In this document: piece by piece, positions 36,891-50,027 of the stretch | Numbering within the stretch: position 1 is the stretch's first letter | How the letters are laid out: every line of letters begins with the position of its first letter | Assembly (NCBI GenBank): GCA_008632985.1 | Contig: QPGO01000013.1 | Coordinates: 558,001-622,000 of the forward strand | Source of the DNA: Psammoneis japonica | Lineage: Eukaryota | DNA length: 64,000 nucleotides | Direction: 5' to 3' | Program-made: the position numbers and the translations under genes | Notes under the pieces: model-generated | Databases searched by the model: none | Seen by the model: only the letters and a program-made list of their open reading frames with translations | What the model was told of the DNA's origin: nothing

Positions 36891-39800
36891 TTAGGCACAA
36901 CCGCCGTGACGTGCAAACTCTCGAACAGATACAAACGTTATCTGAGGTCTCTCTCCTTCGCCTACGACAATCTCTCGTTTCAGAGCGTCCTCCCAGGAAC
37001 CGCTAATGTCTTCAAACTTATCAAGCAAATGACAGACCTTGCCAGTACCTTCAAGCTCTTCCAAAAACCTTGCAAACGAAGTGAAGTCGTGGGGACGTAT
37101 CATGCCCTCTTCCTTGTTCGACAAGTTCAATTCCACAACTGGAAGGGAAGAGCAAAGGTCCTCTAGAAACTCGGTTGACGACTCAACAACATCAGCTGGA
37201 ATCACTGGCATGGGGTAGCCAAACATGCGAGCACTTCGTGACATTGAGTTCCACGACATTGCCAACTTGATGCCAGTCGAGCAAGACTTGGCTCCAAACA
37301 TGGCGATCATCTGTGCCCTATCGAGGTACTTTTCAATTGGGATCTGATAGGTAATCACTGGTTCAAGTGTCCAGCCACACAATAGTTGGAGGTACAAGCA
37401 TTCTTCCTTTTTCCCCGTTACCTTGCTTAGTGCCATTTTCAACACGTTCTTGCTTGGGGATGCTGGGCTTCCGGTCGGGTCTTCCACGCGGGCAGATGCC
37501 CAAGCAAGTAACTTCTGAGCCCTTTCCAGCCGAGTTTGAAACTGTGACGCGCCGCCATCCTGAGGAGCAGAACGATCTGTTTTGAATTGCCGAAAGTCTT
37601 GTTCGTTTATAAACTGAAAAACAAAGGGACAATTGACAGTTTCGACGTCTGTGAGTACAGCAGGCGTAATGCTCGCCAGGTTGCGAACATTTCCATTTTC
37701 GCGCAAGCTGCCTTTTTCTAATTCGCTGACAATGGTTCGCCACGACTCTGGCCGATCAGATGGCGCTGGTTGGAGTAAAAGCTGCAAAAGAAGCTTGATT
37801 CTCTCCCATCCTTGATCGTTGGGTACCATCTGCAACGCTTTCCTCATATCGTTTGTGTCCCACGCAGCAATCTTTCCCAGTTCTTCATCATCGACAACGT
37901 CATCAGTCCCGTCGACTCGAAATAGCTTCTTGTTTGTACAGAGTTCATAAAGACACGCTCCAAAGCCCCACATGTCATACTGGCTTTGCGCAACGACGAG
38001 CTCCGGCGCATGATGGATTTGAGATTTTTCGTCTTCTCCAGTGATTCGGTCGATTTCTTTCTGAATAAATGGGCGGTACTCAGGTGGAGCGTTCTCGAGC
38101 ATAGTTTCTAATTCCTCAAGCTTCTCGCCAATGCTAATCGAGGACGCTTCGCCGTCGGTCGAACCCTCACTCAAGCTGTCGCCCTTTGATAGTCCGTGGT
38201 ACTCAACCAGTGCTTGCTCCGGCGGCAGATATCCAGATCTGTTGTGCGGTCCCGAATCGTCAAGTACGGTGCCAACGACGGCTGCACTGTCTAGATCAAT
38301 AGCTCGAAAGTCCGTTCCGTTCTCAAGAGCCACAAAGTTGCGTGGCTGGACGTCCTGGTGGACAATGCCGCAATCATCGTTTAGAAACTGAAGGCATCTT
38401 GCCATGCTGATGCCAGCATGAAGAACGTGAAAAAGGTTCTTTCCACAAATGTCCTGGTGGGAAATGAAATCACCGAGGTCATCACCACCCCCACCATCCA
38501 TGACCATTAAATGGTTTATCTTTAACCGTTCTTGGGTGTCATCGCAAGGATTGAGATAAAGCAAATGATCGAATTTTGCAAGGTCACGGGACAACTCTTT
38601 TCGAAAGTAGACGTTTGGAATCTTTCGGAGTTGCTCCTCGTGCTTCGTGCCAGTGGTATAGGCTGCTCTAATTCTCGCAACAAATGGGCTCCCATCTTCC
38701 TCTGAGTTGTCCAAAATGTATTGACGGTTCTGGATTTCGCGAGCAAAGGAGTCCTCGTCAGCCTCAAACTTAAGAGCGACTCTTTCCTCTACTTTCCTTC
38801 CGTCACCATCGGGACTAGGCACAAGCTCAGTCCCAAACATGACAACGCAATGATATGACCGGTGTTTTGGTCTCTCATTTCTGTCGATTCGATACTTTCC
38901 CATGAATCTGCCGTACTCCTCACCCCACAGCTTGAGCTTCTCTGAACTGTTCGAAAGCTTTGCGCGATCGGCTACCCTCCGCATGGTTTCATCCAACACA
39001 ACACTAACGGATCGAAACGAAACAGTCGATTTCTTGGTATCTTGGCAGGTAATCGTTATCAAGTTGTCCTTGTTACCTTTCATTAGCTTCCCCTTCTGTT
39101 CCTCGACGATTTGAAAAATTATGTTGGACGCTTCAACGTTATCAATATCCGCCAATAGTTCAAGCAGAGTCCAGCCTGGAATGTGCTCGTGATTCAAATC
39201 AATTTCTGGCATCATGCTGGCTTGGCATTCCTCGAGGCCGCCAGATTGATCAAACAGCGAGAAAAACATCTGAAGAGGGACGGGTCTCTGAGTTGTACAG
39301 AGTTTCTTCAGAGGACGGCCATCACGAATTCCCTTCATCAACAGTTGTAGGCGATAGCCCGTGTCATCGCACACAAGTGAGGCAAAATCATTGCCTCCAA
39401 GACAAAGACTGATTAGAAAACTGATCGGACTCAATCCAGCAACATCTTCGACTTCGCCCGCTTCTGGGTATCTTTCAATTATCATCTTCAACATGCTGGT
39501 GTCGATATCGATTTGCTGCCTTGTAGCTTCAGCTCTTGCGTCCTTATCATAAATCAGACGCAAATGGATCATTAGGGGAGTGAACCCTTTGGCATCTCGT
39601 ACGCTTGCTGCGTAAGGCCACGCTTCAAGCATTGCCTTTATAATCTCAATGGGGGCACTCTTAAGAGTCCGTATCGCAACGGGGTTGATCCAAGATTGTC
39701 TTGCATTTCAACTGCAGGAGGATACGCCACTAGAACCGCCATGATAGAACTGACGGAAACCCCTTTTTCCATGCCGACAAAAAGGGGCGACATTCCGTCC

Positions 39801-40774
39801 TTGTCCTGCATACCTGCAGCCTCGGGAAAGGCTTCCATGATGATTCCAATAGTCTCCGGCGGAGCACCGTAACCCATACTCCAATGGAGCGCCGTATAAC
39901 CATTTGTATCCCTCGCTTCGGCTCCTTGAGGATAAGCTTCTAAAACCACCCTGACAGTATCCGGAGGCAAACCTTTCTCAATGCAAAGAAAAAGCGGGGT
40001 GCGACCAAAATTGTTTTTGATCGATGCCGCTTCCGGGTATGCAGCCACCAGCGCCTCAATTGCTTGTGTTGACGCTTTGTTTTCAATAGCTCTATAGAGA
40101 GGGAACTTTCCATCGTGGAATTCCATCTTGGCCGCGCTTGGGTAGACGTCTAGAATGGCCTGGACTGCATCTCCCGACGCTCCATTCTGTACAGCCGCGT
40201 GCAGGGGTGTCATCCCATTGCCATCTTCCAACTCAGTAGCCTTGGGATACGCATCCAAAATGGCTTGGATGGCATCAGGAGGGGCGTCCTTTTTCATGCA
40301 CAAATGAAGTGGTGTTCTCAAATCAGAATCCACTGCTTTCGCCGACTGAGGTCTTGCCTTGAGAACAAATTTAATGGCTTCACCAGAGACTCTCCCATAA
40401 TGAATGGCCAAATGTAGATAAGTCCTTCCACTGTCATCAATTGCTTTTGCTGCTGAAGGGTACGCGTCCAACAACTCTTTGATGGCATCAGCGGGTGCTC
40501 CTTCCTGTAATCCCAAATCAAGGGGTGTATGACCATTGTTGTCAACCACGTCAGCAGCTTTGGGATACACTGCCATTACAGCTTGGACGGCACTGCCAGA
40601 AGCGCCATATTTCATTCCATAGTGCAGTGGCGTCCAACCCGAGCGGTCATCCTTTTCCTTGGCAAGTCCAGAATCCGATTGGGCCAACTCGTGTATCTTT
40701 TCAATCGACGACGGAGGCCAGTCTTGGTGCTCCTCTCTGCCCGCCATGATTTTATGCAAGTCGTTGACACCCAT
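36891..40774 (-). CDS. Ankyrin-repeat + atypical protein kinase-like protein
   Basis: About 10 GxTPLH-type repeats (39638..40885) continue, after a 1-nt shift near 39661, into ORF 36891..39632 with VALKF, HQDVQPRN, IDLD, GYLPPE and YDMWGFG. Confidence 0.8.
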
Positions 40775-41470
40775 GATTTCTAAAGAGAAAGAGCCTCTAT
40801 GGGAAACCTTCTTCCCTACGATCTGTTCGTGAATCACAGCTTTGATGACGACGCGAGCGTCCAGCAAAGAAAAAATGTGGCTCACACTCGCGGATTCGAT
40901 GCCTCTTCAAAAAGTCATTTTGTGGGGTCACAAACACCAAAAAAGTGACAGTAAATAATCCATCCTAAATGTCCGAATATTTAACATTTATTTATAGACA
41001 TACGTGCTCTCATTTGATCGATCTATCAATCCTTCACCTCCGCATGTATTATTTGAAATGAAGTGTTCCGAGTGACCGCAGGACCACTCTCACTCGAAAC
41101 TTAGCTGAAGTCTATTCAACGCGACATACACTCGCTCTCTAGCAAAGTAGGAAGAATCCGTAACCGTAAACCACAGTAGCTAAGCAGATGTTGGATTACT
41201 GAGCCTGTGTAGAGTGACCCACTAGCTAGCTCTGTTTTCTGGATTGCGGATCTCGAATTTTCGCGTAGCCTCGGCAGTAATGGCCATAAGAAGTACCGAA
41301 CACGATTAAGTCTGCTCTAGACACGGCATTTCAAACGCCGTACACGAAAGATATACACGATAATAAAGATCACACATTGATGGAAAGACTCTAATTTGCC
41401 TCTCTAGAGTAATTGTTGTAAACTCCGTCGCGGAGCCCCGTTGTACATGCAGTTAGTCGTCGGTATATCC

Positions 41471-42358
41471 TCAAAACAGCACAATTAGCCATCCCAAAAA
41501 GATGTAAAAGAAGAATACCGGAAAGACCGCCAAGGCACGACGCGATGATTTAATGTACATTCCAATAAACACCACAGCCGCTCGAGTCGCCCAGAGAAAT
41601 CCGAGTCCAATCCACAAAAAGTCCAGATACCAAAAATGCACCAACCGACAAAGACCCACCACGAGCGCTGCAACCGTCATGGGAAAGACACTGTATCCCA
41701 AGACACAAACGGATTGGAAAAAGGAAATGGTCGATCCCAGCAATTGAGCATTGACCGTGATTATGCACGACCCGAGCCATACGGCACAAAAGACAGACGC
41801 AAACACGGCGGATGCTTGATGAGTGGGTGCTTTGAAACTGAGCAACATGGATAGCGTTAAACAAATCAAGAGCGGGCCCCTATGAATACACATTGTAGGA
41901 AGAAAGCGTTGATTAGAAGGTTGCGGGACAAGTCCTGAGCAGCGTAAGCACTATGCTACGAGCTCCAAAACAGACGTATAAAGAGCTAAAACTAGCAAAA
42001 AGATGCATGACACTCACCACAAGTCCCAATCACGCAAATGATCCAGAACAATACGTTGATTTTCCGTCAATTCCACTTCATCGCTCTCGGATTGAGAAAT
42101 GGCCATGTACCCAAACGCCGACGAATACCGATCCAACGGTCTCATGACTACTTTGAGTTTCAGCATGACGGCTCGTACATCTCGCATGATGGTTTCCCTC
42201 ACTGGCTCATCGAGTGTACTAAAGGGCTGTAGCAGAATGTTTTGAACGTCCCCATCCGATATTTCTGGCGGTCGCTTTTGTTCCAATGGATCGGCCCAGG
42301 GCGGTGTCGCAGAGGAGTTTGCCGATGCGGTTGTTGCTGGCGGAGGTGCGCTTGTCAT
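41471..42358 (-). CDS. Yip1-domain Golgi membrane protein (YIPF6/Yip4-like)
   Basis: STLDEPVRETIMRD, LRDWDLW|GPL across one intron, FFQSVCVLGY, 5 TM helices. Confidence 0.9.
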
Positions 42359-43904
42359 TTTCGGTATTTTCTGTTCCTTCAGCTAATCTATACTCAAAGC
42401 TGAGACAATAAAGGAGACAAACGGTGGCAGAGATGATTTCTGTGGTCTGTGGAATCAAAGGCAGCGGAGCCAACACAAAAAGGCACCGTCTTTGTCGCAA
42501 CGCTTTGTTTCGCGGTTTGCTTCGTGCTTCGTAACGCCACGCAGATTTTGTACCGGTAGCGAGATGTACGGGTGTAGGTTTGATATGCATGTGGGGGTGG
42601 AAAAAGACTGCTTTTCGAACATTAATGGTATTCAGTAATTAAGAAATATTAATACAAAATTTCCCCGCCACCTCAATCAATTCTCCCTCCGACACGGCCT
42701 GTCCGCTGTCCAGTATCTCCAACGCCCAAAAAAACACGAAAACAAGAACGTCGCAACGTTGTCGCTGACAATGATGTGAGGTGGACCCGAGCTATCTTAC
42801 AGCACTGTTCCCGCTTCCACGGACGCTGTCATGAAGGATGCAAGAAAGAAGGAGAAACAGATGATGAAAGAACGAGAGCAGAAAAAAGTGAGTCTCGCGC
42901 GTGCACTTGACACGAGCACGCACCATTTACTAGGCCTTCGCCCCTGCTACATGGGTAGAAAGTTTTCCAAACGAGTGCAACAAAAAGACTACCATTTTCC
43001 TCTTGTGCAGGCACAGACAATGTGTTTTTTCTGTACTTTAGGACTGGGTAGTATGGCTCTTGAACTATCAGGGCGCATGCTTGAATCATGAGTGCGAAGC
43101 CATAAACTGGGAGCTACAAGTACAGTATATTATTGAGGAGAAATCGATTTGTGTCTGTTGACTAGCTTAAAAATCAGCTTGTTGCTCACGAAGCTTTTTT
43201 TGCTGTAGTCATGCCGCTTGCGATTTGCGATAGTTTCAAGAGGTCATTCGATGGAGTGCTGGGAGTTGAGAGAGGAACAGTTCATGGCAGACGAAGTGAT
43301 GTGATTCTCTCTGCGCTGTGTTTGCAACGACTTGCTGCGAACGGAATGCGCAGCTGGACTCTCTTTAGGAAAAATGCTGCTACTAGTGCTACTGGCCGTG
43401 TCGATTGATATCTGTGTGCCATCCATCATTTTCGAATGGCAGTGGTGTCATCATACCGGTAGCACCTTCTTTGAGAATAGTGATGCAACGTTTCGAGATG
43501 TTGCTGCTGCAATCGCAAGACATGAGAGCAAGATATCATTGTACAGTAGATTGGAAACAAGGAAGGAGCTGTTGCGATGAGGAACAGCTTGAAACTCTGC
43601 ATCGATTGAAGATGTCAGATATATGTCGTGACGGACAGGCAGCGTCTGTAGTTATGTCCGAATGGCGGGAAATTAGGCACGAATCATCAAGTCGCGTTTG
43701 GTCGCGTCTCAAAATATTTGTCAAAAGCTTGCTTCCAAGCCGACCCATGCGCGAACTTATTGTTGGACCTCATCTTGCCGTAGAACCTTACGCCTATCGG
43801 GTCTCGTTGGACACTGGACAGGGAAGAATGGTGAACGACTCCTTCCCTGCAAAATTGCCAAGCAAATCTCAATTTACAAAAAATCAGCCCAGAAAGTTCG
43901 AACG

Positions 43905-46159
43905 ATGAAGCTCGTTGGCAAGGAAGGTCTCCTCCTTCTTGCATTGACTTTTTGTCACTCGGAAAGTGTGAGTATATAACAAGAACGATTACTGTAATCG
44001 TTGTAACGTCCCTTTTCTTTGTTGAAGCATTCTATAGGGTTTGCTAACTTACTGTTGCTATCCAATTTTCTCTCGACGATTCACACCAGAAATGCGAGAA
44101 TGCCAACGGAATCCTAAAATCTGCCGGAGATTGCGCTGTTTTGATGCTTTCCAGGAAAGGGAAGAAGAAAGTAATTGTGAATGGGAACGGGTCGGAAAAT
44201 GGGGCTGTCTTGTCTGGAGATGTTTGTGTTGCAGCCAGTGGTGCACTCGAAAGCATCGGTAAAGGGGCTATTGATGGTAACTCAATCTTTGAACCGAAAG
44301 CAACTGCATCTGGCGACGTTGAAGATTTCACGACGGGTACCGTGAAGCTAAATGCTGATCTGTCGGATAAGGTCCAAGACGCTGTTGCTGCGTCAAGATT
44401 TCTTGGCAAGAAGCAATGCACCGTGACGTTATCTTCCCTGCCCGATGTGCTAGATTTGAGAAAGTACGGCAAAAGAAATGTTTATATCTGCACCAGTGGT
44501 GTCCTCAAAGTCACTTCAGATGTAACCGTGAAAGGTGGAAACAAAAACAAGGCCATTTTCAACATAAAAGGTGGCTTAATGACTGAAAAAGTCAAGATTT
44601 TGGGCGCAGGATCTATCGATCCAGAAAGTATTATCTGGAACGTTCAGAGCGGAGATATTGACGTGAGAGATAGTGAGTTGGACGGAAGTATCCTTGGCAT
44701 CAGAAGCAAGGTGGACCTGGTTCAATCCGAGGTCAATGGACAGGTGATCTCCGGCTCTGTGATCCGCCTTTTGTCGGGCTCGGCTGTGAATTGTAATGCG
44801 CCCCCATCGCCAAGTCCAAGCCCGACTGGCGCTGTTGCAAATGGACCCAGAGCGGTGAAACCTTCATCTATCAAAGTTCAAGCGAAGTATTGGGGAACGA
44901 CTTCAGACACAGGAAACCAGAATTCTCCTGTGGCCATTGGAAATCTTCTGTATTTCGTCAGTCAGAAAGAAGGAATCATCTACTACAGCACGCCGTCAAG
45001 AAATTCCACTCTACGGAAATTATTTGACGCTGATGAAGATAAAGGCCTTAAGATTTGGGACGCCGAAGATTCTGCAGGTAAGAGAAAAGAGGAGAAAGTT
45101 ATCAACATTGCTGGAAATATGAAGGACAAGAGATCTGTCTACGTCGGCTTCACCACAACTAGCCGCCCAACGAAGGTTAAGGTTTATGATATGCCTGTGC
45201 TCCCAGGCATATGTTGTGAGGATAAAAGATTCGTAGAAGACCTGTATCGTTTGAAGCCGGTGCCTGTATACCGAATAATCTACAAGTTTCGTATCAAGGG
45301 TAGCTACAAAAATGGCAACAGGCGCTTAACCAACCCCGAACCAATCTTAGCATTTGAGATGCAAGATAATCACCTCGCAGGAGGCATGGTCGGTTTGCCT
45401 GATGGGCGCCTTTTGTTTGCAACGGGAGATGCGCTGCCTTGGAGTGACGGCGATTCTGCGCCCCAAGACGATTCGTCTCACCTCAGCAAGCTTCTAATCA
45501 TCGACCCTAACAAAAAGACATTTGAGGTAGCCGCCAAAGGAATTCGCAATGTTCAGCATATTGAATATCATGCCACGGACAAGAACCAGCTACTGTTTTC
45601 GGACATTGGAGGACGTGTTGCAGAGGAAGTCAATATCGTATCAGTGTCAGACCTTTTGGATACCACCACCATCGAGAACTTTGGATGGGGTCGTAATGCG
45701 GACAAAAAAGCCCGGGAAGGCACATTTTATATTTCCTATGCACCTCCACAAACAATTGCTGGCGCTCCTTATGAAGGCGATGCACCTATTCCTGAGACTG
45801 GCTTTATCCAGCCCCATGCTCAATACAATCGAGATGAAACTGATCCATTTGTCGCGATATCCGGACCCGTGACGGCTACCAAGCAATTTGGAAGTCTCAC
45901 TACTTTGTTTGGGGACCTTCGAAGTGGAAAATTGTTTGGAACAATTGATGGACTAGAAACTACGGATGCGACTGTCTATGAACTGAACTTGGTGGATGAA
46001 TTTAATAAACCAACCAGCTTGGAAACTCTTGCAGGCGGTCGTCCGGATCCTCGCTTTTTTCGATCGCCAAGTGGACATGCCATGGTTCTCCTCGAGGCTA
46101 CTGGAGACTATTACCAGCTTTCTGTCGTTGAAACGAGTGCGGAGGAAAAACAAGGATAG
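43905..46159 (+). CDS. Secreted protein: choice-of-anchor-A/ice-binding-like beta-helix + PSPSP linker + glucose/sorbosone dehydrogenase-like beta-propeller
   Basis: A signal-peptide exon at 43905 splices in phase 0 to ORF 44141. Motifs: IIWNV...LDGSILG...VNGQVISG; NHLAGG...PDGRLLFATGD, GIRNVQ, EEVN, NFGWG. Confidence 0.65.
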
Positions 46160-46369
46160 CTATGTGGGAGGAATGTTTCGCTCCGCTTGGAAACTTCGTC
46201 AATGGCATTGGGAACATCGCCACCATTTTGTCATTCCAGAGAAAAATGCTTGTCACGACCATCCGGCACTCTAATTGATAGTCCGCTACAAAATCCATCC
46301 ATTGACATATTAGCGCAGATCACTCCCGACTTCCCCTCTCAAGTCGCTTTCCTTTCGCCCACACCCAGG

Positions 46370-46668
46370 TAGATAGGGCTCTACCACTACACGTACTACT
46401 AGTACAATTGGGCCTACGTTAGCTGACGACTGCTACTGTACTCTAGCTAGCTAGAGGCGAAGGTGCGAGCTGTACAGTCTACAGTACTTTGCTCTCTAGA
46501 GTACTCTAGACGCGAGCTAGAGTAGCTACTCTAGCGAATGCTCCTATGGCCATCGAAAGTAGCCCTCTCCCCTGCCTCCTCTCTAGAGTAGAGAGGATAG
46601 GATACCGGTAGGCCTACAAGTGACTACAGTTGGTATAGAAAGTGCTGAGCACTCTAGGGCCCTCTTTA

Positions 46669-46703
<35 letters not shown>

Positions 46704-46750
46704 ACTACTACTAGGGCCCTACTACTACTACTCTAGCTAGAGGAGCTATT
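46370..46750. repeat. Low-complexity CTA/TAG/AGAG-rich intergenic tract with (CT)n and (CTA)n microsatellites
   Basis: Dense ctctagag, ctagctag and tactactac motifs directly visible. Confidence 0.8.
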
Positions 46751-47030
46751 CTCTATGCTGTGAATAATAGAGCAGCAGCAAAAGTAGGCGTGTCGATTGG
46801 TTCCACGTGTAAAGCGTGGGCCATGCTTCGACGAGCTTTTGCGACGGGGAATTTTCTGTCGAGCCTCGAATCAATCTCGAGACTCGAGACGTGTTTGCGA
46901 TGTGAAAAGAAAAGAGGCGAAAGGAATGCATCAACCTTTATAACATCGACAAAGCGACAATTGAGCGATATAGAAGTCATTCTCTACGAGATCTCTAAAT
47001 GGTATATTGTTGCATTGTAGGGCCTAGATT

Positions 47031-49637
47031 ATGCAGAATGAAAAGAATCATCAGAAGGGTAGTAGCACGAGCATTGAAGATGTAGACGAGAACAGCACGA
47101 GCGACAGCGACGATGATAGCGAGGAGAAGGAAGGTCCTCCACGGGGATCCTTTTGGGACAGCACTTCAGATGCTTTCAATACACCAAATCGAGAATCAAT
47201 TTATCATGTTAAGCAGAGAGAAACTCAACGAAAAGGTGCTCCCCCGCTCTCGAGTGACACGAGGCAACACTCGTTTGTATTCATGGGAGGTGAAAGTTCA
47301 GATAAACAACAGCGACCGGGATTCTCGCCAGCTGATCCAAATGGACCGTCATCTCCTGGTGCTCCTCCTCCAGTAGTAAGTACAGAGAATGAACGACAAA
47401 TCCTTCTGCTAATGCTTTTGGCCCAAGTATGTGCCTTACATGATCCAACACCGAGAACCTTTACGGTTCATGTCTTGGAGCTGTTTGAACGCGGCATATT
47501 AGATCGGGAGTCCATACGCTTCTTGTTTGATTATGGCTTGGTTCCATCTCTACCAGCTCCTACCGCTATCACTGCTTCTGCTGCTACTACATCACCGACG
47601 AAATCAACCAAAGCAAAACCAACACCGACCACTCCGACATCAGCTGAAACTGTCCAGGACACGGAAGGCGCAGTCGTTCCGTATGCTCCAGCCGACCAAG
47701 AGGAGTTTAATCGTGCCTTGCGTCGATCGCAAGAAGCATCTGCAATCCGAAGTCACCTAGCACACCACCACAGCGATCCTTCCCTAACAACTACGGAACA
47801 GAACGTTTTGTCACCTACATCTGTGGCACGGACCAGCCAAGGCTCAGCCTCACCGCGATCTTCATCATGGGCTGCCAAACACTTTCCACTTTCGCTAAGT
47901 CGGTATCAACGAGAGTTCAGAGAGGATCGACTTGTTGCGAGCGGTTCCTTTGGACAAGTATTTTGTGCTACAAAGCTCATGGACGGACGCAAATATGCCG
48001 TCAAAAAGGTTATATTCTCTGCAACGGGATACTCCAGCGACAGCGTTACAAAAGTGCTACGAGAAGTTCTCTGCTTGGCACAGTGTGACCATGTTCATTG
48101 TGTTCGGTATTACAATTCATGGTTAGAGCCCAGTTGGATGACGGGACAAAACACGTCGTCCGCGGCAACGATTCGACAACAAGAACAGCAACTCTTGATG
48201 GATATGGAACGCGTTTCTGCCAATAACAACCCTCAAGGTAAATCAACACAGAGACCGAAAAGGCCAAGCAGACGATTTTCGTTTGACAACAATGGCTGTG
48301 GGAGTGACGATGACATATTCAGCTACTACAATGATCCCGAAGGCAGCGACAGTGACTATAGTGAATGGACCTGCGACATGAGCCGGGGAACGCATCACAG
48401 AGGAAACTACGGGCCAAATGATTTCAGCGAATGGGGATACTCACTCGACGATTCAGTAGTTGGGAGGCGGAGCCAAAACAAGAATGCAGGGCAAAACGCA
48501 AAGCGAAAATCACAGACTCAACAGCAACAGTCAGCGTACAAGTATGAGATTTGCATGTATATTCAGATGGAACTTTGTGGCTCTACCACTTTGGCAGATT
48601 GGATTCAGCATCGTAATCTAACCAAACCCTCAGTGGAGGAGCGTGTCAGCAAGGCGCTGGTCATCTTTCGCCAGATTTGTTGTGGACTTGCACATGTTCA
48701 TTCGAAATCCATACTTCATCGAGACTTGAAGCCTGCCAACGTCTTGAAGAGTCTCGACGACGACGACGAGATCTTTAAGATTTGTGATTTTGGTTTGGCG
48801 AAGTCGCTATGCACAGCCACCCAAGGTGAACAGCGGGTGGTGTGGACTGACACCGGAGATGATACCAAAGGTAGTCCGAGCAAGCGACTTACAAGTCCAA
48901 CCAAGTCACTCGCAATGGTCGCACAAGGGCCGGCACAGTTTCCTTCACCACCATTGTTTGGCGCGAATCAGGATGATCCGCATTTGTTAACGGCGGGCAT
49001 TGGAACAGCATCCTATGCTGCCCCTGAGCAAATACAATCTCGGAGGTACGGTCCTGAAGCTGATATTTTCAGCATGGGTTTGATTCTCTTGGAGCTATTT
49101 TGCTGTTTCGATACGCAACACGAGCGCTTAGATACCTTCCAGGATTGTCGCCGTGGTAAGGTCCCATCTTGGATTACTGAGGATTATCCGGTCGTAGCTT
49201 CAACTATTCTGGCTTGTTGTAATTCGTCCCCGAAGTCACGTCCAACCGCCCAGGCGCTTTTGGATTCAGACTTGTGGTCTTTGTTAGATGAACGGAGCGA
49301 CGATCGAAAGATCAGCAAAGAAGGCGACAAAAGCGAGAAACATGTCAAAGAGGCTGATGAGAAGCAGCACACAGACGACACCGTACAATGTCTGCAAGAC
49401 CAGCTGAAGGAACAACAGATGGAACTTGAGAATCAACGATTAACCATTGCAGAAAAAGACCGTATGATCCATCAGCTGCGACGAGAAATGGAAGAATTAA
49501 AAGTAGGAGCGGGAAAAAGAAACGGTGTCGGAGACAGGAGTCATGTTGTTGTCGATCCTTCGGCTGCCAGGGAAATGGACACACCCCAAATCCGAGATGC
49601 GACCGAGTCACACTCGAGCGATGAAGATGACTACTAG
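47031..49637 (+). CDS. eIF2-alpha kinase (HRI/GCN2/PERK family, HRI-like)
   Basis: SRYQREF, GSFGQV, YAVKK, HCVRYYNSW, a long insert, MYIQMELC, HRDLKPAN, DFGL, GTASYAAPE and a C-terminal coiled coil. Confidence 0.88.
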   Translation: MQNEKNHQKGSSTSIEDVDENSTSDSDDDSEEKEGPPRGSFWDSTSDAFNTPNRESIYHVKQRETQRKGAPPLSSDTRQHSFVFMGGESSDKQQRPGFSPADPNGPSSPGAPPPVVSTENERQILLLMLLAQVCALHDPTPRTFTVHVLELFERGILDRESIRFLFDYGLVPSLPAPTAITASAATTSPTKSTKAKPTPTTPTSAETVQDTEGAVVPYAPADQEEFNRALRRSQEASAIRSHLAHHHSDPSLTTTEQNVLSPTSVARTSQGSASPRSSSWAAKHFPLSLSRYQREFREDRLVASGSFGQVFCATKLMDGRKYAVKKVIFSATGYSSDSVTKVLREVLCLAQCDHVHCVRYYNSWLEPSWMTGQNTSSAATIRQQEQQLLMDMERVSANNNPQGKSTQRPKRPSRRFSFDNNGCGSDDDIFSYYNDPEGSDSDYSEWTCDMSRGTHHRGNYGPNDFSEWGYSLDDSVVGRRSQNKNAGQNAKRKSQTQQQQSAYKYEICMYIQMELCGSTTLADWIQHRNLTKPSVEERVSKALVIFRQICCGLAHVHSKSILHRDLKPANVLKSLDDDDEIFKICDFGLAKSLCTATQGEQRVVWTDTGDDTKGSPSKRLTSPTKSLAMVAQGPAQFPSPPLFGANQDDPHLLTAGIGTASYAAPEQIQSRRYGPEADIFSMGLILLELFCCFDTQHERLDTFQDCRRGKVPSWITEDYPVVASTILACCNSSPKSRPTAQALLDSDLWSLLDERSDDRKISKEGDKSEKHVKEADEKQHTDDTVQCLQDQLKEQQMELENQRLTIAEKDRMIHQLRREMEELKVGAGKRNGVGDRSHVVVDPSAAREMDTPQIRDATESHSSDEDDY

Positions 49638-50027
49638 TAGACTAACTCCTAATACTGCAGTAGACGTATAACATAGAGCATGCCTAACCCCCTCTCTCTG
49701 TCGGTAGAATACCTTGGCTACATCCGACAACATGTTCTACCGGTATTTCCTGCAGAAGACTGATTTTGTGAGCGTGGAAAAGACAGGACAGATGTACAGA
49801 CAGAGTTTTTTATTCTTTTCCGACAATGGATAAGTAAGATATAATAATAAAACCTTCAACGATGAATACGAAAAACCTACGACGATGTATATCTTTTATA
49901 TCTAAATTCAAATTCGGCGGTTGGGAAAAATCAACGGGAAAAGCCAAACACAAAGACGCACCATCATCCTTCCGTTCTTTATCAGCGTCGTCGAGCATTT
50001 TATAACACGGAGACAGTGTCGATAACA

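Noticed and set aside
42770..43900. Possible gene or pseudogene divergent from the Yip1 gene
   Set aside because: One plausible intron and short ORFs, but no consistent frame or recognisable domain. Left uncalled.
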